DNA of 64,000 nucleotides from Caldimicrobium sp. (GCA_037443245.1 JBBIOT010000001.1:436572-500571), one strand, 5' to 3'. Numbered from the stretch's first letter, positions 37,145-47,839 are shown. Notes: generated from the sequence alone by a model not told the origin. Program-made: numbers and translations.

Positions 37145-38954
37145 AAAGGATTATACGCGTAATAACCCCATGAAGTTTATGAGGAGGAAGGTCTAAAAAT
37201 TTGACAAAATGAGGGCTAACCTGTTTAAGAAAGGCATAAAGTTTCCATAAAGGGTGACGGCTCTCCAGATCCTCTAAACCATAAAAAATGACCCTTTCAT
37301 CAATCTTAAATTCCCGTATGATATCCTCAACTTTGACAATTTCCATATAACCAAAGGCTATCTCTAAGCCTTTGGCACCCGGACAAATCTCTTCCAAAAA
37401 TCCGGTCGTAATTCCATAGGGTTCATTCTTTCTAATCAGGGAAATAAAAATATTTTCCTCATAAAGGATCCCGTGAAAGAAAATATTTTCCACCACATAG
37501 GGAGGAAAGCTATCCAAATCCCGAATAAAGTAAAGGGCCTGACCAGGAATCTTAGGATTCCGTTCATAAAAGCTTTTAAATTTTCTGACGAATTCCTCCC
37601 GGGACAAGAATTTAATACTGTGATAAAGCCTCTTTTGCCCTGAGGTATAAAGAAGGATGATAGTAAAGGGAATGCTGGCTAAGATCAAAGCATAGTAGCC
37701 TCCATGGGGGAATTTAAAAAGAGTAGAACAAAAATAAAGAAGCACAGTTATAGTAGGAATGACAGACAGAAAGGCATAAAATAATTGCCTTTTTAAAGTA
37801 AAAATTAGGATTAAGAAGAGACCAGTAAAAAACATGTCCGCGGTAACCGCTAAACCATAAGCGGAAGCTAAATTAGCCGAGCTTTGAAACTTCAGCATAA
37901 TAAATAAAACAGCTAAAAAAAGCACCCAATTGATAAAGCCAATGTAAATCTGCGCATGAAGCTCCGGTGAGGTGTACTTTACCTTAAAAAGAGGGAGATA
38001 GCGGGCAAACATGGCTTGATAAACCACGCTAAAGAGCCCGCTTATGACCGCTTGAGAGGCAATAATTGTAGCCAAAAGGGCTAAAAGCAAAAAAGGTACG
38101 TAAAACCAAGTAAAGGTACTTAAACACATCTCAAAGAGAATGCTCTTGGCTTGAGGATGGGTCAGTAAAAAAGCCCCTTGCCCAAAATAGTTCGTTAGAA
38201 GCGCTAATAAAACTATTTTCCAGGCCTGTTTGATAGGCTTAACCCCTAAATGGCCAACGTCCGCAAACATGGCTTCCGCACCGGTAGAGCAGAGGATGAC
38301 TTCTCCTAAGACTAAGAAGGCCTTCCAGCCGTTTTGTTGAAAAAATTCTAAGGCATAGGTGGGGTTGAGGGCTAAGACAACCTCAGGGGCCTTGACAAGA
38401 TTAACTAAGCCTAAACCAAAAAGGCTCACAAACCATAGCCCCATAAGGGGCCCAAAGTAGCCAGAAACTTTATCGGTTCCTCTTTTTTGCAAAGAAAAAA
38501 GCCCAAAAGCTATGAGAATAGCAATCAAGACTATTTCCCAGGTAGTTAGAGGCCTTAGAAAGGGAATGAAGGATATGCCTTCTACCGCACTTATGATACT
38601 TATCGCTGGGGTAATAACACAATCTCCCATAAAAAGGGAGATCCCAGCGAAAGCTAAAATATTAACTAATCCAAGAAGCCTTTTCTTCGTTCGGAGAAGA
38701 TTTTTTAAATTTTCATAAAGAATTAAAGTCCCACCCTCCCCTCTTAAACTTAGCCTCATGGCTAAGTAGCTGTACTGCAGGGTTGGGATGATGATTAAAG
38801 TCCAAAAGATTAAAGAAAGAACACCAAGGATGTTCTCCTTGGTTGGTTTGAGGAGCAAGAAGACTACCGTAATGGTATAGATAGGGCTTGTGCCAATATC
38901 ACCAAAAACTAAACCAAAGGCATTAATAATCCTCTTGGGATCACTTGAGACCAT
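37143..38954 (-). CDS. kup: potassium uptake protein Kup/HAK/KT family
   Basis: 603 aa. FGDIGTSPIYT N-terminal motif, about 12 TMs and a cytosolic C-domain. Confidence 0.9.
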   Translation of the reverse strand: MVSSDPKRIINAFGLVFGDIGTSPIYTITVVFLLLKPTKENILGVLSLIFWTLIIIPTLQYSYLAMRLSLRGEGGTLILYENLKNLLRTKKRLLGLVNILAFAGISLFMGDCVITPAISIISAVEGISFIPFLRPLTTWEIVLIAILIAFGLFSLQKRGTDKVSGYFGPLMGLWFVSLFGLGLVNLVKAPEVVLALNPTYALEFFQQNGWKAFLVLGEVILCSTGAEAMFADVGHLGVKPIKQAWKIVLLALLTNYFGQGAFLLTHPQAKSILFEMCLSTFTWFYVPFLLLALLATIIASQAVISGLFSVVYQAMFARYLPLFKVKYTSPELHAQIYIGFINWVLFLAVLFIMLKFQSSANLASAYGLAVTADMFFTGLFLILIFTLKRQLFYAFLSVIPTITVLLYFCSTLFKFPHGGYYALILASIPFTIILLYTSGQKRLYHSIKFLSREEFVRKFKSFYERNPKIPGQALYFIRDLDSFPPYVVENIFFHGILYEENIFISLIRKNEPYGITTGFLEEICPGAKGLEIAFGYMEIVKVEDIIREFKIDERVIFYGLEDLESRHPLWKLYAFLKQVSPHFVKFLDLPPHKLHGVITRIIL

Positions 38955-39022
38955 TGCCTAACAAATATATCACCGACAAGAAAAGAGGAAAGATGAAAAG
39001 ATTGATTTAGGAGGACAAACTT

Positions 39023-39427
39023 CTAACTTTTACACTTCGGGCAAAGGCCAACAAAGACCACTTGAAAATTATTTACCTCAAAATCTTTAAGCTCATCAGG
39101 AACAAAGATCTCAAAGGAACTATTAACATCATGAATGTAACCACAATTTTTACAAATAAAATGATGATGAGGATGAGTGAAGGGATCAAATCTTTTTTTT
39201 GTGTTATCAATGTTTAACTCTAAAAGCATGCCCTTTTCTACTAAAACCTTTAAAGTATTATACACTGTAGCAAAGGACATGCTAGGGAATCTATCCTTTA
39301 AGGCGTTGTAGACATCTTCAGCTGAGGGATGGGTGGTATTGTTTTCCAAATAATCAAGAATAGCTATACGTTGGGGAGTTAGCTTAAGTCCAGCTTCCTT
39401 TAAACACCTCAATTTTTCTTTATCCAT
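39023..39427 (-). CDS. Fur-family metalloregulator (Fur/Zur/PerR)
   Basis: 134 aa. wHTH domain, HPHHHFICKNCG and CPKC zinc sites. Confidence 0.85.
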   Translation of the reverse strand: MDKEKLRCLKEAGLKLTPQRIAILDYLENNTTHPSAEDVYNALKDRFPSMSFATVYNTLKVLVEKGMLLELNIDNTKKRFDPFTHPHHHFICKNCGYIHDVNSSFEIFVPDELKDFEVNNFQVVFVGLCPKCKS

Positions 39428-39481
39428 TTGTCCTTTCTCCTTTTTGATTTTGGTTTTTTATTGTTAAAATAAAACCATTTT

Positions 39482-39856
39482 CTATTTTGTCAAGTTTCTT
39501 AAATTTAAAACATCTTCAAAACTAAAATTTTTTAAAGCCGGGCAGCTCTCTTTAATGATCAGGAAATTTGTTTCATCCTGAAAGACGATAGGAGGGAAAG
39601 GCCATTCTCGGCAAGGTTTTGGTTTCACCGGATGGATCAAACAAATCTTTTCCTCTTTTTGATAAAAGATGCAATGTCCCTCAAGGACCTTCATTTCTAT
39701 TCTTTTTTCCCCCTTTTTCAAGGTGTAGGTTTGGAGAAAATCAGGCACCGAAATTTTAAGAAAGTTAGCGATATTTTCTATTTCTTGAGGAGTTAGGGAG
39801 ACCGTGCTTTCACCCTGACAGCAGGCCCCACATCTCTGGCAGATGAAGACTTTCAT
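39482..39856 (-). CDS. YkgJ-family cysteine-cluster protein (UPF0153)
   Basis: 124 aa. CQRCGACCQG N-terminal cluster and a second cluster CLIHP...PCREWP. Confidence 0.7.
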   Translation of the reverse strand: MKVFICQRCGACCQGESTVSLTPQEIENIANFLKISVPDFLQTYTLKKGEKRIEMKVLEGHCIFYQKEEKICLIHPVKPKPCREWPFPPIVFQDETNFLIIKESCPALKNFSFEDVLNLRNLTK

Positions 39857-40527
39857 TTTTGGTAAGGAATAGGATCTTCTATTCCAGCTTCTTTAAAGGC
39901 CTTAAGTCTTAATCTACAGGAAGGACATTGCCCACAGGCCTTCTCAGTTTCCCGGTAGCAAGACCAGGTAAGATGAAAAGGGACTTGGAGTTTAAGGCCA
40001 AGCTTGACTATCTCTTTCTTACTAAGATTTAAAAGAGGAGTAAAAATTTCTATGTCTGTTTCGGGTTTGGTGCCAAGATTGATAGCCCTTTGCATAGCCT
40101 TGATAAATTCTTCTCTACAATCAGGATAGCCCGAAAAGTCAACTTGATTGACGCCAATAAAGATTTTCCGTGCCTCCAAAACTTCAGCATAGGAAGCGGC
40201 AATACTCAAAAAAACTCCGTTTCTAAAGGGGACATAAGTAGAAGGAAGCCCTAAAGAGTTAGTTTCTTCTATGGCTAAAGAGGGATCCAATAAGCTTGAA
40301 CCTCCTATTTCTTTGAAGAAAGGGAGGTTGACCACAAAAAATTGGGATGGCTTAAAATAATTAGCCAGCTTGAGGAAATGCTCTAATTCTTTTTGGTGAG
40401 CCCTTTGTCCGTATTGGAAATGAAGAAAAATGGTCTCGTATTGAGAAAGAGCTAAGCCCGCGCAAACCGCGCTATCCATTCCTGAACTTAAAAGGACAAG
40501 TGCCTTTTCTTTCTTCTTGGAAGACAT
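39853..40527 (-). CDS. queC: 7-cyano-7-deazaguanine synthase
   Basis: 224 aa. PP-loop LLSSGMDS and C-terminal zinc motif CYR...CGQCPSCRLR. Confidence 0.9.
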   Translation of the reverse strand: MSSKKKEKALVLLSSGMDSAVCAGLALSQYETIFLHFQYGQRAHQKELEHFLKLANYFKPSQFFVVNLPFFKEIGGSSLLDPSLAIEETNSLGLPSTYVPFRNGVFLSIAASYAEVLEARKIFIGVNQVDFSGYPDCREEFIKAMQRAINLGTKPETDIEIFTPLLNLSKKEIVKLGLKLQVPFHLTWSCYRETEKACGQCPSCRLRLKAFKEAGIEDPIPYQK

Positions 40528-40556
40528 TTTAAGAAGAAAGACGAATTAAATAAAAG

Positions 40557-40631
40557 CGCCCCCAAGGGGATTCGAACCCCTGTCGCCGGCGTGAAAGGCC
40601 GGTGTCCTGGACCTGGCTAGACGATGGGGGC
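40557..40631 (-). tRNA. tRNA-Glu (UUC)
   Basis: Hand-folded. Acceptor GCCCCCA/TGGGGGC, anticodon arm CCGGC-CTTTCAC-GCCGG, T loop GGTTCGAATCC. No encoded CCA. Confidence 0.85.
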
Positions 40632-40645
40632 TTTCTCCTCTTCTC

Positions 40646-40718
40646 TGGGCCGGGCAGGACTCGAACCTGCGACTCCCAGCTTAAAAGGCTGGTACTCTGC
40701 CGACTGAGTTACCGGCCC
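40646..40718 (-). tRNA. tRNA-Lys (UUU)
   Basis: Hand-folded. Acceptor GGGCCGG/CCGGCCC, anticodon arm CCAGC-CTTTTAA-GCTGG, T loop GGTTCGAGTCC. No encoded CCA. Confidence 0.85.
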
Positions 40719-40777
40719 TTAAATTTGGCTAAAATATACCATACAAACTTTGCCTGTCAAGGAAGGCTATGAAAATT

Positions 40778-41995
40778 TCACCCCCTTTTCAGGAGAATGG
40801 CTGGTTCAATCCGCATAGCCATTAAAGCGGGATAAACTCCAGCCATAAGGCCAGAAAGTACGGTAAAAAAAGATGAGATAAGAATTGGCTTAAAAGGCAA
40901 GATCAAAGGATAGCCAAAGTGGGGTAACAACACAAAAATAAGGCCTAATCCTAAAAAAAGTCCAATCAAACCTCCCAGAAGGGTAATAAGCAAACTTTCC
41001 GCTAAAAACTGGAAAAAAATCTCTCTTTTTCTGGCACCAATAGCAAGCCGTAACCCTATCTCCCGTTTCCTTTCGTTAACTGCCAGGATCATGATGCCAG
41101 AAACACCAAGCGACCCTACTACTAAACAAAGGAGAGAGACGCTTTTAACCAGGGTGGAAAAGGTTTGGGTGGTCTCTTCCTTAGCCTTAATGATATCCTC
41201 GGCCTTTAAAATAGCAAAATCCTTTCGCTTTGGGTCTATTTTATGTCTTCTCAATAAGGTTTCTTCAACTTGAGAAATCACATAAGGTAAAACTTCAAGA
41301 AATGATCCCTTTATAAAAATAGCGGTTAAGTAATCCACATTAAAAAGGGCTGACATAGCGGTAGTATAGGGTATTAAAATTTGATCATCCTGATCCTGAT
41401 TACTGGCATCTACCCCAATAGGATTAAGGACCCCAATCACCTGAAAGGGCAATTTACTGATGAAAATCCTTTCTCCCACTGCTGAGGAAGAACCAAAAAT
41501 CTGTTGCTTGACCTTATAACCCAGGATGGCTACCTTGCTTAGGGTATGGACCTCCTCGCGAGAAAAATTCCTTCCCTCGGCCAGACTAAATTTCCGCAAA
41601 TTAAGGTACTCTTCATTTACTCCATTGATCATTGTGAAAAGATTAGTCCCCTTACCTCTTGCCACTGCTTGCCCTGTAAACATGGGAGAGAGCCCCTTTA
41701 CCCCAGGGATGTTACGCAAACTGTAGGCATCTTCAACCTTTAAGGTGGTAGTTTGCTCGGTCTGAATAGCTCTCCCACCTCTTACCCGGGCCGAACCAGA
41801 GATCACCATAAAAACATCAGGGCCAAAGGTTTCAATTTGTTCTAGAGTTTTGACCTTAGCTGATTCTCCAAAGGAATTCATGATAAAAAGAGAAGAAACT
41901 CCAATAATGATCCCTAAAAGGGATAAAAAAAGTCTAAACTTTTTATAAAAAAGTCCCCCTATAAGAAGTCTATACTTTAAAGAGATAAATTTCAT
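40778..41995 (-). CDS. ABC transporter permease, MacB/FtsX family
   Basis: 405 aa. TM1, large periplasmic domain and three C-terminal TMs. Confidence 0.85.
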   Translation of the reverse strand: MKFISLKYRLLIGGLFYKKFRLFLSLLGIIIGVSSLFIMNSFGESAKVKTLEQIETFGPDVFMVISGSARVRGGRAIQTEQTTTLKVEDAYSLRNIPGVKGLSPMFTGQAVARGKGTNLFTMINGVNEEYLNLRKFSLAEGRNFSREEVHTLSKVAILGYKVKQQIFGSSSAVGERIFISKLPFQVIGVLNPIGVDASNQDQDDQILIPYTTAMSALFNVDYLTAIFIKGSFLEVLPYVISQVEETLLRRHKIDPKRKDFAILKAEDIIKAKEETTQTFSTLVKSVSLLCLVVGSLGVSGIMILAVNERKREIGLRLAIGARKREIFFQFLAESLLITLLGGLIGLFLGLGLIFVLLPHFGYPLILPFKPILISSFFTVLSGLMAGVYPALMAMRIEPAILLKRG

Positions 41996-43206
41996 AAACT
42001 TTTAAGGAGAATGGCTGGGTCTACCCGGGTTGCCCTATAAGCAGGTCCTATACTAAAAATTATGGCGGTAAGGGTAGAAAAGAAAAAGCTCAAGAGAAAG
42101 GTTAACCAAGAAAAGAGGGGTTTTAAAGGAGTAAAAACAGAGATTAAATACATCAACCCCAGGCTTAAGAGCCAACCTGCAAGCCCGCTTAACAAGGCAA
42201 TGTTGAGGCTCATTAAAAGATAATGAAAAAAAATGGTCTTGCAACTTGCTCCAAGGGCCCTGCGCAGGGCAATTATACCTGCCTTTTCTTCAATAGCAGC
42301 CGACATCAGATTAAGAATAACTACTCCGCTAATCACTAAACTAACCAGGGAAATGGCCAACAAAAAGTTCTGCAAAATTTTAGCGGTTGCTAAGTAACGG
42401 GCAACGATCATCTCGGGAGTAATTATTCGAAAATCATCCGGAGCAAGGAAGTTTATTTTGTGCCTTTGCCTTAAAAGGCTTCTTATTCTCTCTCTCATAG
42501 ACTTTAAATCCTCCCCCGAAAAGAGAAGAACTTTGATACCGGTAAGATAATCCCGATTAAATAACCTCCTCTGAGCAGTGGTAAAAGGGACGTAAATTCT
42601 CTCATTTAAAGGAAAATGGCTAAAGGAAGGTTTATTTTCTAAAACCCCGATGATTATAAAATATTCCCCAGAAATCATTATCTTTTCGCCCAAAGGCTGC
42701 TTTAGGTTAAATTTTTTCGGAATGTCTCCTCCAACGACTGCCACTTTTCGCAATCCTTGGAGGTCTTCTTCGGTGATGAAACGCCCCAGGACTACTTGCC
42801 AGTTATTGGCCAGGGTAAAAATTGGAAATACTCCTTCTACCCTAATTTTTTCCGCCTGGTCACGATATCTTACCTCTAAGACCCCGCCTGAGACAGGAGA
42901 GGTAAGCTTTACGCCCGTCAATCTTTCTATGGATTGGACATCCTCAAGCTTGAGAGTATCAGTCCTCGTAGGGGTAAGCCCCATAAATCTTTGCCCACCC
43001 GCTAAGATAAGAAGGGCATCCTTGCCAAAATTTAAATTGGAAAGCACCTCAAGGACCTGCTTTTCCGCCGATTTCCCAAGGGCATAAATGGTGTTAATAG
43101 CGGTAAGGCTTAAAACTAAAGCTAAAATCATGAATAATAAAGAAATTTTATTAGCAAGGAGCTCTCGCCAAACCTCTTTATACTGCCCTCTAAAGGAAGA
43201 TATCAT
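41992..43206 (-). CDS. ABC transporter permease, MacB/FtsX family (paralogue)
   Basis: 404 aa with the same topology. 4-nt overlap with the downstream permease gene. Confidence 0.85.
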   Translation of the reverse strand: MISSFRGQYKEVWRELLANKISLLFMILALVLSLTAINTIYALGKSAEKQVLEVLSNLNFGKDALLILAGGQRFMGLTPTRTDTLKLEDVQSIERLTGVKLTSPVSGGVLEVRYRDQAEKIRVEGVFPIFTLANNWQVVLGRFITEEDLQGLRKVAVVGGDIPKKFNLKQPLGEKIMISGEYFIIIGVLENKPSFSHFPLNERIYVPFTTAQRRLFNRDYLTGIKVLLFSGEDLKSMRERIRSLLRQRHKINFLAPDDFRIITPEMIVARYLATAKILQNFLLAISLVSLVISGVVILNLMSAAIEEKAGIIALRRALGASCKTIFFHYLLMSLNIALLSGLAGWLLSLGLMYLISVFTPLKPLFSWLTFLLSFFFSTLTAIIFSIGPAYRATRVDPAILLKSL

Positions 43207-43887
43207 TTAGCTCTCCACAAACACTCCATCCCTTAAATATTTGATCTCCTTTGCGGTTTTGGCCACCTCAGGATCATGGGTTACCATAATAATGGTTAAA
43301 CCCTCCTCGTTCAACTCTTTAAGAAGGCCTAAAACTTCCCTACTATTTTTAGAATCTAAATTCCCAGTGGGTTCATCAGCAAGTAGGAGTATCGGACGAT
43401 TGATAAGGGCCCGCACAATAGCTACCCTTTGCTGTTCTCCACCCGAAAGTTCAGCTGGTTTAAGATGTTTTTTCCCTCCCAGTCCTACTCTAGCTAAAAG
43501 CTCTTCAGCCCTTCTTATATCTTCCTTTTTAATTCCATCGCCTCGGTACAGCACGGGCAATATCACGTTCTCCAAAGCAGAAGCCCAGGGTACTAGATGA
43601 AAGGCCTGAAAGACAAACCCTATTCTTTGATTTCTAATTCTTGCCATTTCCTTTTCTTTAAGCGTAGATACTTCTATTCCCCCAAAGAGATAGCTTCCAG
43701 AAGTAGGTTTATCTAAAAGCCCAAGGATGTTAAGGAGGGTGGATTTACCACCTCCGGAAGGGCCCATGATGGCTAAAAAATCCTGGGGATAAACTTCCAG
43801 ATTTATCCCTCTTAAAACCTCATAGGAAACCTTCCCGATTACGTAGGTCTTCCTAATCTCTTGAAGCCTGATTATAGGATTGGTCAC
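43207..43887 (-). CDS. ABC transporter ATP-binding protein (MacB-ATPase type)
   Basis: 226 aa. GPSGGGKST, LSGGEQQRV, LLLADEPTGNLD, VTHD. Confidence 0.9.
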   Translation of the reverse strand: MTNPIIRLQEIRKTYVIGKVSYEVLRGINLEVYPQDFLAIMGPSGGGKSTLLNILGLLDKPTSGSYLFGGIEVSTLKEKEMARIRNQRIGFVFQAFHLVPWASALENVILPVLYRGDGIKKEDIRRAEELLARVGLGGKKHLKPAELSGGEQQRVAIVRALINRPILLLADEPTGNLDSKNSREVLGLLKELNEEGLTIIMVTHDPEVAKTAKEIKYLRDGVFVES

Positions 43888-43890
43888 TTT

Positions 43891-45084
43891 TTACCAGACG
43901 CCAACTAGATCTGAAGCCTTTAGACCGGAGAGGACCTCTACCTTCCCTCTCCATTCCCAACCTGTGGTAAAATAGACCTTTTCTATCTTTTCGCCCCGCT
44001 TTACGTAAACATACCTTCCACCTTTTTCATCAACCTTTATAGCCCGAGCTGGCACAAGCATAGCCTTTTCTTTACGATCGGCGATAATGCTCACCTGGGC
44101 CGTCATTTCCGGACGAAGAAGCCCCTGATAGGGGGATAAAATATCTAACACCGTATCATAAAAAACCACATTATTCCTGATGATGGCCCCAGGGTAGACG
44201 GTTCGAACCCGAGCTTTAAAAATCTTATCGGGATAGCTATCTACTTTAAAAGTAGCCTCAAGGCCTGGTCTTATTTTCCCAATATCCGTCTCATCCACAT
44301 AACAATGTACTTCCAGCTTGCTAAGATCTATAACGGTAATGAAAGTAGGGGCGTTAAGACCAGCTACTACGGTTTCGCCTTGCTGGGTAGTTACTTCAGA
44401 GACGTAGCCATTGATGGGACTATAGACAAAGGCATAGTTTAAACGTATCTTGGCGGCCTCATGCTGGTTTCTTGCCGCCTCAAGCAAAGCTTTTGTTCGC
44501 CGAAGCTCTTCTTGAAATTCCGCCTCTAAGGAGGAAAGTTTAGCCTTTTCAGCAAGAAGAGTGTTTTCTCTAACCTCAAGATCTCTTTCTACCCGTTCTA
44601 TCTCCATTTTAGAAATCAAACCCTCCTCATAAAGGGCCTGCAAGCGTTTCTTTTCTCTTTTAAGTTGTGTTAAATCAGCCTCTTGAGCGGATATATTCCT
44701 TTTTTGAGCTAAGATGAGCTGAGGATAAGTTTTTTTTACCCTCTCATACTGAGCCAGGGCTTGGGTATACTCCTGATAGGTTCTTTCAACTTCACGCTGA
44801 AGGTCCGCATGCTCTATCACTGCGATAAGCTGCCCTGCTTTCACAAAATCTCCTTGCTTGACAAAGAGCTTTTCTACTTTACCCGAAATCCTTGCTCCTA
44901 CTTTGACCTGTGCCCCTACCTGAGGTTTTACAGCCCCGGTTGCCGAAATTTCCAGAAATATTTCTCCAAATTCAACTGGCACAAACTTGGTCGGTAATGG
45001 TTCCTTTTTCTTTGGTTCCCCTCTTTCGCAAGAAAAAAGAAAAAAAAGAATTAGGGTGTAAAGAAAAAGGGACTTTATCTTCAT
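43891..45084 (-). CDS. HlyD/MacA-family periplasmic adaptor (lipoprotein-like signal)
   Basis: 397 aa. The signal peptide ends in FSC. Lipoyl hairpin VKQGDFVKAGQLIAVIE, coiled coil and beta-barrel. Confidence 0.85.
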   Translation of the reverse strand: MKIKSLFLYTLILFFLFSCERGEPKKKEPLPTKFVPVEFGEIFLEISATGAVKPQVGAQVKVGARISGKVEKLFVKQGDFVKAGQLIAVIEHADLQREVERTYQEYTQALAQYERVKKTYPQLILAQKRNISAQEADLTQLKREKKRLQALYEEGLISKMEIERVERDLEVRENTLLAEKAKLSSLEAEFQEELRRTKALLEAARNQHEAAKIRLNYAFVYSPINGYVSEVTTQQGETVVAGLNAPTFITVIDLSKLEVHCYVDETDIGKIRPGLEATFKVDSYPDKIFKARVRTVYPGAIIRNNVVFYDTVLDILSPYQGLLRPEMTAQVSIIADRKEKAMLVPARAIKVDEKGGRYVYVKRGEKIEKVYFTTGWEWRGKVEVLSGLKASDLVGVW

Positions 45085-46376
45085 TCCAGACCTGGAATAA
45101 GGCCCGATGCTTTTTTCAAGTTAAAATAGCTCTGATACCAATCGTAGAGTGAAGTAGCCATCTGAGTTCTAGCTTGAGAAAGCCTAGCCATAACCGTGGT
45201 AAGCTCTACAATGCTGGCTAAACCATTCTCATACTTGCTTTTCATGATTCGGTAATTTTCTTCCATCTTTTTTAAAGTGGCCTTGGAAGCCTCAAAAAGT
45301 TCACGTTTGGTAAGATACTGTTGATAAGCAGAAAAAACTTCCTGCTCCACCCTTAATTCTAAAGACCTTTTTTCATAATTTTTCTTTTCCAAAATGGCTC
45401 TTTCCGAAGAAAGCTTCGCTGGGGTAGAAAGGCCCGTAAAGATAGGGAAATTAAATTGAAAACCTAAAAGAAATTCCCGATCCCGATCGGGAAAGAAGGC
45501 CCTGTCTTTGTAATTATAGCTGGAAAAAAGGTCTATGGTGGGGAAATATTCACCTCTTATGCTCTTTAGCCTCTCCCTTTGGGCTTCAATTTCTTTATCC
45601 TTAGCTAAAAGTTCTGGCCTTTTGCCTTTGGCTAATGAAAGAAGATGCCCCAAGTCCAGCTCTTTAAGGTCTTCTCCTTGGTAATCTAAAATTTCTACAG
45701 CCTTGGCTTCAGTAACCGAAAGGTTAAGAAGGATTAGAAGATTAGCCTTGGCAATTTCTGCCAGGTATTTGTAATTAATAGAATTGGCTTCCGCTTCCTT
45801 TAGCCTTGCCTCAGCATCAAGCACGTCCGCATAGGGAGCTAACCCCACTTCATAACGTTTAGTGGCAAGTTTTAGGCCAAGCTTGGCATCCTCAATATCG
45901 GCAAGCGTAGCTTCCCAAAGAGCTTTAAATCTAAGATAATCCAAATAGGCATTAACTACCCTAAGGGCTATCTCTTGAACTTTAGCTTTGACTAAAAAAT
46001 CCTCCGTGGCTATAAGATGTTTAATTTCTTGATAGGCGTAGTAGGTGGAAAAGCCTGAAAAAAGGTTCCAGTTTAGAGTTGGACCTAAAGAATGAGTTTC
46101 CGTTATAGGTAAGTTCTTCCCTAAGTCTTGTCTCTGCCAAGTATACCTAAGATATAATTTGGGAAAAAATTCGGCTCTTATGATATTTTTTTTATACTCT
46201 ACGGATTCCTTTTCTTTAAAAATAGCAGTTATTTCGGGATTATTTTTGATAGCAATTTCTACCGCATCTTTAAGGGATAACACCTTTTTACTCCAAACTT
46301 CTTCCACCAAAAAAAGAACCAAAATAGATTGGAGAAAAAGGCTCAATAATATTCTTTTAAACATAATCCCTTTCAT
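45081..46376 (-). CDS. TolC-family outer-membrane efflux protein
   Basis: Two OEP repeats. I prefer the internal start MKGIMFKRILLSLFL (signal peptide) over the track start at 46496, which overlaps glnA. Confidence 0.8.
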   Translation of the reverse strand: MKGIMFKRILLSLFLQSILVLFLVEEVWSKKVLSLKDAVEIAIKNNPEITAIFKEKESVEYKKNIIRAEFFPKLYLRYTWQRQDLGKNLPITETHSLGPTLNWNLFSGFSTYYAYQEIKHLIATEDFLVKAKVQEIALRVVNAYLDYLRFKALWEATLADIEDAKLGLKLATKRYEVGLAPYADVLDAEARLKEAEANSINYKYLAEIAKANLLILLNLSVTEAKAVEILDYQGEDLKELDLGHLLSLAKGKRPELLAKDKEIEAQRERLKSIRGEYFPTIDLFSSYNYKDRAFFPDRDREFLLGFQFNFPIFTGLSTPAKLSSERAILEKKNYEKRSLELRVEQEVFSAYQQYLTKRELFEASKATLKKMEENYRIMKSKYENGLASIVELTTVMARLSQARTQMATSLYDWYQSYFNLKKASGLIPGLE

Positions 46377-46470
46377 TCTAATATTCTTAGAATCCCTGTC
46401 AAGGAAAAAGAAGACCAAAAAGGAAGCCCCATAAGGGGCCTCCAAAAGTATTAGCAGGATAATTTGGTGA

Positions 46471-47802
46471 TTAAAGAATCGGAAGGTATTTCTCAATTTC
46501 GTATTCGGTAACTCTTATGCGGTAATCATCCCATTCTGCTTCCTTTTCTAAGATTAGCTGTTGATAAATATGATCTCCCAGGGCTTCCCGTAGGAGTTCA
46601 CTCTTTTTGGCATATTCAATGGCTTCTTTCAGGCTGCCTGGCAATTCTTCAATACCAAGGTTCGCTCTATCACTGGGACACATATGGTATACATCCAGTT
46701 CAACGGGGTCGGGGAGAGGGTATTTATTCTCTAATCCTTTAAGGCCAGCGTGAAGCATGCAGGCAAAGGCCAAATAGGGATTGCAGGCTGGATCTGGGCT
46801 ACGAAGCTCAATTCTTGTAGCCTTCTCTTTACCTGGTTTATACATAGGGACCCTGATTAAAGCGGAACGGTTTTTTCTAGCCCAGCAAATGTAGACAGGG
46901 GCCTCATAGCCTGGCACAAGCCTTTTGTAAGAATTGACTGTTTGGTTGAGCACCAAAGTAATTTCTTTTATATGTTTAAGAAGCCCTGCGATATAATGTT
47001 TAGCCACATCGGAAAGATGATAGGGGTCCTTTGCGTCAAAAAAGGCGTTTCTATCGTTGATAAAAAGACTCTGGTGGGTGTGCATACCACTTCCATTGAC
47101 GCCAAAAATGGGCTTGGGCATAAAAGTAGCATAAACTCCATATTTCCTTGCTATTTCTTTAACTGTTACCCGATAGGTGATTACTGTATCGGCCATGGCC
47201 AAAGCCTCATCATACCTTAAATCAATTTCATGCTGTGAAGGTGCAACCTCATGATGGGAGTATTCCACTCGGATGCCCATACTTTCTAAGGCTAAAATGG
47301 TCTCTCTCCTCAGATCTTCAGCAGCATCTAAGGGTAAATCAAAGTAACCTGCCCGATCAAGGATTTCAGGAGCCTTATCAGATTTAAAATAGAAAAATTC
47401 AAGCTCCGGCCCAAGATAAAAATGGGTAAACCCCATTTTTTTCATCTTTTCTAAAGCCCTTTTTAAGGCGTATCTGGGACAACCAATGTAGGGGGAACCA
47501 TCGGGAGTGTAAATATCACAAAACATCCGGGCAACTGCCTTTTCCTTGGGACGCCAAGGAAGAAGGGCAAAGGTAGTAGGATCAGGGATGGCAAGCATAT
47601 CGGATTCATCAATCCTCTGAAATCCCCTAATAGAAGAGCCATCAAACCCCATGCCCTCTTCAAAGGCTGCTTCAAGTTCATCCACATGTACTGCAAAGCT
47701 TTTTACCTGCCCCAAAATATCCACAAACCAAAACCTTATGAAACGCACATCATACTTTTTGCAAAGCTCAAGCACATCCTTTTTATCCCTCGGCTTTTCC
47801 AT
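46471..47802 (-). CDS. glnA: glutamine synthetase type I
   Basis: 443 aa. FVDILG beta-grasp, GSGMHTHQS and NPYLAFA motifs. Confidence 0.93.
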   Translation of the reverse strand: MEKPRDKKDVLELCKKYDVRFIRFWFVDILGQVKSFAVHVDELEAAFEEGMGFDGSSIRGFQRIDESDMLAIPDPTTFALLPWRPKEKAVARMFCDIYTPDGSPYIGCPRYALKRALEKMKKMGFTHFYLGPELEFFYFKSDKAPEILDRAGYFDLPLDAAEDLRRETILALESMGIRVEYSHHEVAPSQHEIDLRYDEALAMADTVITYRVTVKEIARKYGVYATFMPKPIFGVNGSGMHTHQSLFINDRNAFFDAKDPYHLSDVAKHYIAGLLKHIKEITLVLNQTVNSYKRLVPGYEAPVYICWARKNRSALIRVPMYKPGKEKATRIELRSPDPACNPYLAFACMLHAGLKGLENKYPLPDPVELDVYHMCPSDRANLGIEELPGSLKEAIEYAKKSELLREALGDHIYQQLILEKEAEWDDYRIRVTEYEIEKYLPIL

Positions 47803-47839
47803 AAAATTTACCTCCCTTTAAAAATTTGTTTTTTATTTT

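Noticed and set aside
42650-43600. Plus-strand ORFs of 145 aa and 119 aa opposite the MacB-type permease and ATPase genes.
   Set aside because: These are antisense shadows with S/P/R-rich, motif-free translations. The opposite strand encodes complete ABC components.
46377-46496. N-terminal extensions in the ORF track: TolC-like (46496), guaB (26084), ppiD-like (56258), radC (54330) and the activator (47917).
   Set aside because: Each extension overlaps a neighbouring gene or precedes a canonical family N-terminus or signal peptide that begins at an internal ATG.
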